DNA of 62,762 nucleotides, filler included, from Nemertoderma westbladi (lineage: Eukaryota; Animalia; Xenacoelomorpha): NCBI GenBank assembly GCA_032718475.1. It is 4 parts of 4 records of this genome, joined end to end, with 100 filler letters (N's around TTAATTAATTAA, not from the genome) between each part and the next. Parts side by side here need not be neighbours in the genome. Positions count along the whole stretch, not along the records: positions 56,177 to 62,762 come from JAUCBJ010003228.1; 3 more parts are not named here. The stretch is one strand, 5' to 3'. Below the pieces are notes generated by a model. That model was not told the DNA's origin, did not search any database, and saw only the letters and a list, made by a program, of their open reading frames with translations. The position numbers were made by a program, and so were the translations under genes. The first letter of the stretch is position 1. Every line of letters begins with the position of its first letter. Shown here piece by piece: positions 58,801 to 62,762 of this stretch.

Positions 58801-59380
58801 CTGTTTATCAGTACTTTGCATTAGCTACTGTAGCAACAGCAGAATTCAACACACCATAGTATAAAGACGATTGGTATGTAGATTTCCTAATTGTATACTT
58901 CTTTGTCTAGTATTTCTTTAGGCATACTTGTACATGGTACAAGGTAATGCTGATATATCTTGCTTCCTTGGTTTCTTATTATTTTGTTTATGTTGGTCAT
59001 GGTCAGTCCTCAATCGTACCGGTATTTAGACCTTCATGTAATCATGTAATACTACCAGACCAATAACTATTACCTGTACAGATAATTCCATCTCCCTCGA
59101 AACCTGAGTTGCAATTACAAGTAAAGGAACCGATGGTATCGTTGCAGTATGCATTTATGTCACAGTTATGTGTATTAGCAAGACATTCGTCATCATCTGC
59201 AATATTATATTATTATTACACTTAAGCACGGAAAACAAGGAAGCAAACTAAAGTACAAAAACTAATTAGAGATCTTGAATTTCTCCAAAACTGCAGTAAT
59301 GCAAAGTTACAGGTAACAATGGAAAAATAAAACTATTAAACTATTAATGCCAAAGTTATACCTCGATTTTTGGAACTTAA

Positions 59381-60280
59381 CCCTATTAAACCCGGGAGGG
59401 TCAATATGACCCCCCCCCCCCCCCCCGTGGATTTTTTGTTATAATTCTGAAACAAACGCAGTTGGGAATCTGAAATATTATGACTTTTCCTAAAAATCTA
59501 TTGTCTTCCTAGTAGTGAAAACCGTTTTCAAAAATATTGGGTAGTTTTCGAGTTACAGTATAGCACCATTAACCCTACTTTTGGCACTTTTTTTGAGACG
59601 TTTTTTGAAAATTACATCCAAATTTTGGTGCCAGCACCAAATTTTGAAATATGTCAATTTTGTCAATTGGTTATTTGAAACTTGTATTTTACGCAATTGG
59701 GGTTTTTTGGGGTTCTGGTTTCGATGGAATATATATGAGTTGCACCAATCGTATCAAACTTGTATTTTTCGGTGCTGTGTGCAAATTTTGGTGCTAGCAC
59801 TAAATTTTGAAAAATCCATTCAATAGATAAAATAGCTTGTGACAAGTTATATCTTGCGTTTTGGAGGTTTATGGCTGTTCTGAATTCAATGGAATATATA
59901 ATTATCGAACTAGACATGTCAAACTTGTATTTTTCGGAAGTGGGTGCAAAATGTGGTGCTAGCACCAAATTTTTAAAACCATCAAATATATCAATTGATT
60001 GTGTCACCTTGTTTCTTGCTTTATATATGGAATCAGTAAAAATTTCATAAGAGTTTTCAAACTTGTATTTTTCGCTGGTGGGCAAAAATTGTTGTGCCAG
60101 CACCAAATTTTAGAAAATAAGCAAATTGATCAGAAGATAGTATCATCTTGTTTCTTGTGTTATACGGGTTTATGAGGGTCCTGATTCCGATGGAATCAAT
60201 AAAAACAGCACTGGACATCGCACACTTGTACTTTTTTGGTGATGGGTACGAAATTTGGTGCTAGCACCAAAATTTGCCAA
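59381..60280. mobile_element. Probable non-autonomous DNA element end (TTAA|CCC, piggyBac-like) with five diverged ~140-165-bp internal repeats
   Basis: TTAA at 59377-59380 is followed by CCCTATT...GGGTCAATATGACCC. The palindrome TTGGTGCTAGCACCAA or a variant occurs at ~59625, 59788, 59953, 60091 and 60255. The other terminus was not found. Confidence 0.45.
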
Positions 60281-60596
60281 ATTACAAATAGCAATAAAAA
60301 TACAAGTAGCAATGATCTGGCATAGCAAGCTTATAATGTTATTGTAGGTACTGTTACCAATCAACAATGGAGAGTCGGACGTTGTAAACTATTGTTTTTT
60401 TCCGAAGAACAGGCAACACAAACTGTAACAAACATAAACTACAAACTGGTGTTAAGCAAAGGAGTCTGTCTTAGGCTGTCTTCTGCCTTCTGCGTAGTTT
60501 GCAAGGAACGGGTAGCTATTACTTGACTACCATCTAACTACTAATTGTCTTGAACCTATGTTACATTACAGGTATATCTCCTAAGTCTGTGTCAGG

Positions 60597-61029
60597 TAGT
60601 GTTCGACCAGAGCTCCTGTCTGAATTGGCATGTCCGGCTCCAGTCCGGGTCCAGTCAAATTAGGTGCAGGAGCTCCGGCAAAAAGTATTTGTGCTGTATG
60701 ATGCATAGCTGCATGGATAGGCAAGGCAGACATACAGACACACACCAGACGTCCATCTTAACAATACTGCAAGACCTAACTTTTAATTACTACCAGTTAT
60801 AGTATTAGTTCCAGTTAGCTAGTACATTGGCCAGGCTGTCAGGCAGTACCTGAGTGACCAAATACAGTAATATAGATTATATTTATATTATATCAGTATA
60901 CAGGTATAGATAGATACTATACTAGATAGACAGATAGATATCCGTTAAATGGTTACCGGCTCCGGCACTTTTAGGGTGCTCTGGTCCATTACCCAGCTCC
61001 GTCAAAAAAATAGCTCTGGTCGAACCCTA
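60597..61029. mobile_element. hAT-type MITE
   Basis: 18-bp TIRs TAGTGTTCGACCAGAGCT / AGCTCTGGTCGAACCCTA (1 mismatch). 8-bp TSD GTGTCAGG / GTGTCATG (1 mismatch). Confidence 0.85.
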
Positions 61030-61685
61030 GTGTCATGGCATAATCAATGAGTCATGGTGAGTCATCGCTATAGTATGTCAGTTCATCAGTTTCTCCTGAG
61101 AAGCTGCCTCCATTTAGCAGGGTACAGTACCGGTATGCAGTATGGTACTACACTTTCCAATGTATTAGTTCCCTATTGTTGAATGTTTTTAAGACTTTTA
61201 ACATTATTGTAGAACCTTTTAGACCGAAAATAAGTAGTATCTTAAAAATAAAGATGTTAATAAAATACGTGCCACATTGTGTTATTGCTTTTTTAGGGCT
61301 TTGTATTGTAAACAGGGTTGGTTACTTTAATTAATTCTTAAAGCACTATATTATTATAAACGGTTTCTTTACATACGAAGGATTCGATTGTTTGTGATCC
61401 CAGTAAACGTAAACCAGATATTTTAGTAAGTATATAAATTGAACCAAAATTTTATCCATTCTTTGAAAGCTTTACACTCACCATATATAATATTTGTATT
61501 AAGCGAGCAACGTGGAAAACTTTCAATACCATCACATCCTCCGTCCCATCTCATTTTATCACAGCTTCTCCATTGTCTATATGGTATTGCTGGTGGACAT
61601 GCACTGCTGATAGTGGCCCACTCACTCCATTCTCCAATATCTGAAATAATTTGTTTAATTGGTTTGTAATATTATTATTGTTGTA

Positions 61686-62614
61686 CCCAGTGAAAAGTGC
61701 GCAAGCGTATCGCAAGCGTGCAACGCAGGCGTATCTCATGTGATTCCCAAGAGTTATGGCCCGACCTTTACGCAAGAGACCTACTTGCGTTAAGCCGCAT
61801 AGATATCGCAACAACTTGCGTTAAGTCACATAAATATCGCAACAACTTGCGTTCAGTCGCATAAAACACACATGCGATTCACTTGCGACTTTCAAGCGTC
61901 ATGACGCATAAATATCACAAAAATCTACTGGTTGTGATTTTTGTGTAATATATTGAGACCTTTGTGACAGAAAATATGATACAGTAGTTGATTATTCCAC
62001 TACTGTTTGATACTATTGGCTTCCATATCATCTGCCTACTGTACTTACAGTACCTTACATTACATTACACTCTCTAGACTTACTGTAGAACATTAGACAT
62101 GCTGTATGAATCAATACTAGAAATGGTTGTTAATATACAGGATAATACAAATAGATTAGAATAACCATGATACACTTTTAACTATTCCCTATAATTTTCG
62201 ATTCTATAAAATATATTAATATAATCACTGAATTCGACAGCCATATTAGATAATTCATATTCATCAATTTTATATTTTAAAACTATTTATTTCTTGATAG
62301 GCAACTTTATTTTAATTAATAATCTTGAGTGTAATTAAAACCATGCGATTCACATGGGAATTAACGCATGATATTCTCATTGTGTAAAACATGCGTAAAA
62401 TAAGCGTTAAATGAGGTGTGATTCCCATGCGATTTTCATGCACGGAATCACATGCGTAAAATTAAGTTGTGAATCGCATGCGTGGAATCGCTTCCCTATT
62501 TTACATGTGATTCACATGCGAATCACAAGAGTTTTATCGCTATTTATTGAGCCGCAATAAAAACGCATGTCGCATTAAAATCACTTGCGATACGCATGCG
62601 CATTTTTCACTGGG
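61686..62614. mobile_element. Non-autonomous TIR element with CCCAG termini (EnSpm/CACTA-like)
   Basis: ~31-bp TIRs CCCAGTGAAAAGTGCGCAAGCGTATCGCAAG / CTTGCGATACGCATGCGCATTTTTCACTGGG, with subterminal CATGCG-rich repeats. No clear TSD. Confidence 0.75.
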
Positions 62615-62762
62615 AGGTTAGCTTTAGGTAAGCAAACAGTCAACAACATAAGTTGAATGCTAATTAAACCAATTATAATATTTAAACTTTTGCTGCACAG
62701 TGCACAGGCTAACTGCATATCGAAATCTTATATTTTTATCAGAGAATCATTCAATTTCTGTG

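Noticed and set aside
59620-60280. CRISPR interpretation of the spaced palindromes
   Set aside because: The intervening sequences are homologous to each other and too long for spacers.

Overview
AT-rich, repeat-dense animal (invertebrate-like) genomic window with three 100-bp scaffold gaps. The main host-type gene is an RNF213/mysterin-like giant AAA+ ATPase-E3 ligase, read without introns over about 14.3 kb on the minus strand. It has one frameshift near its 5' end and a damaged or unfinished 3' end. Most of the rest is nested transposable elements: BEL/Pao LTR retrotransposon pieces, CRE-, CR1/L2- and RTE-like LINEs, a dead Sola1-like DNA transposon, MITEs and two satellites. The most interesting signal is an LTR element with a 5-bp TSD and TGT...ACA LTRs, lying downstream of a BEL/Pao gag-pol. 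Between pol and the PPT/3' LTR it carries a large accessory ORF of about 1,400 aa when reconstructed by hand. This ORF has an RNase D/EXD-like (DEDDy) 3'-5' exonuclease-type domain plus three zinc knuckles. It is preceded by a ~110-nt RNA hairpin whose pairing is preserved by compensatory substitutions between the two copies in the window. All domain calls are by-eye motif recognition; no searches were run.
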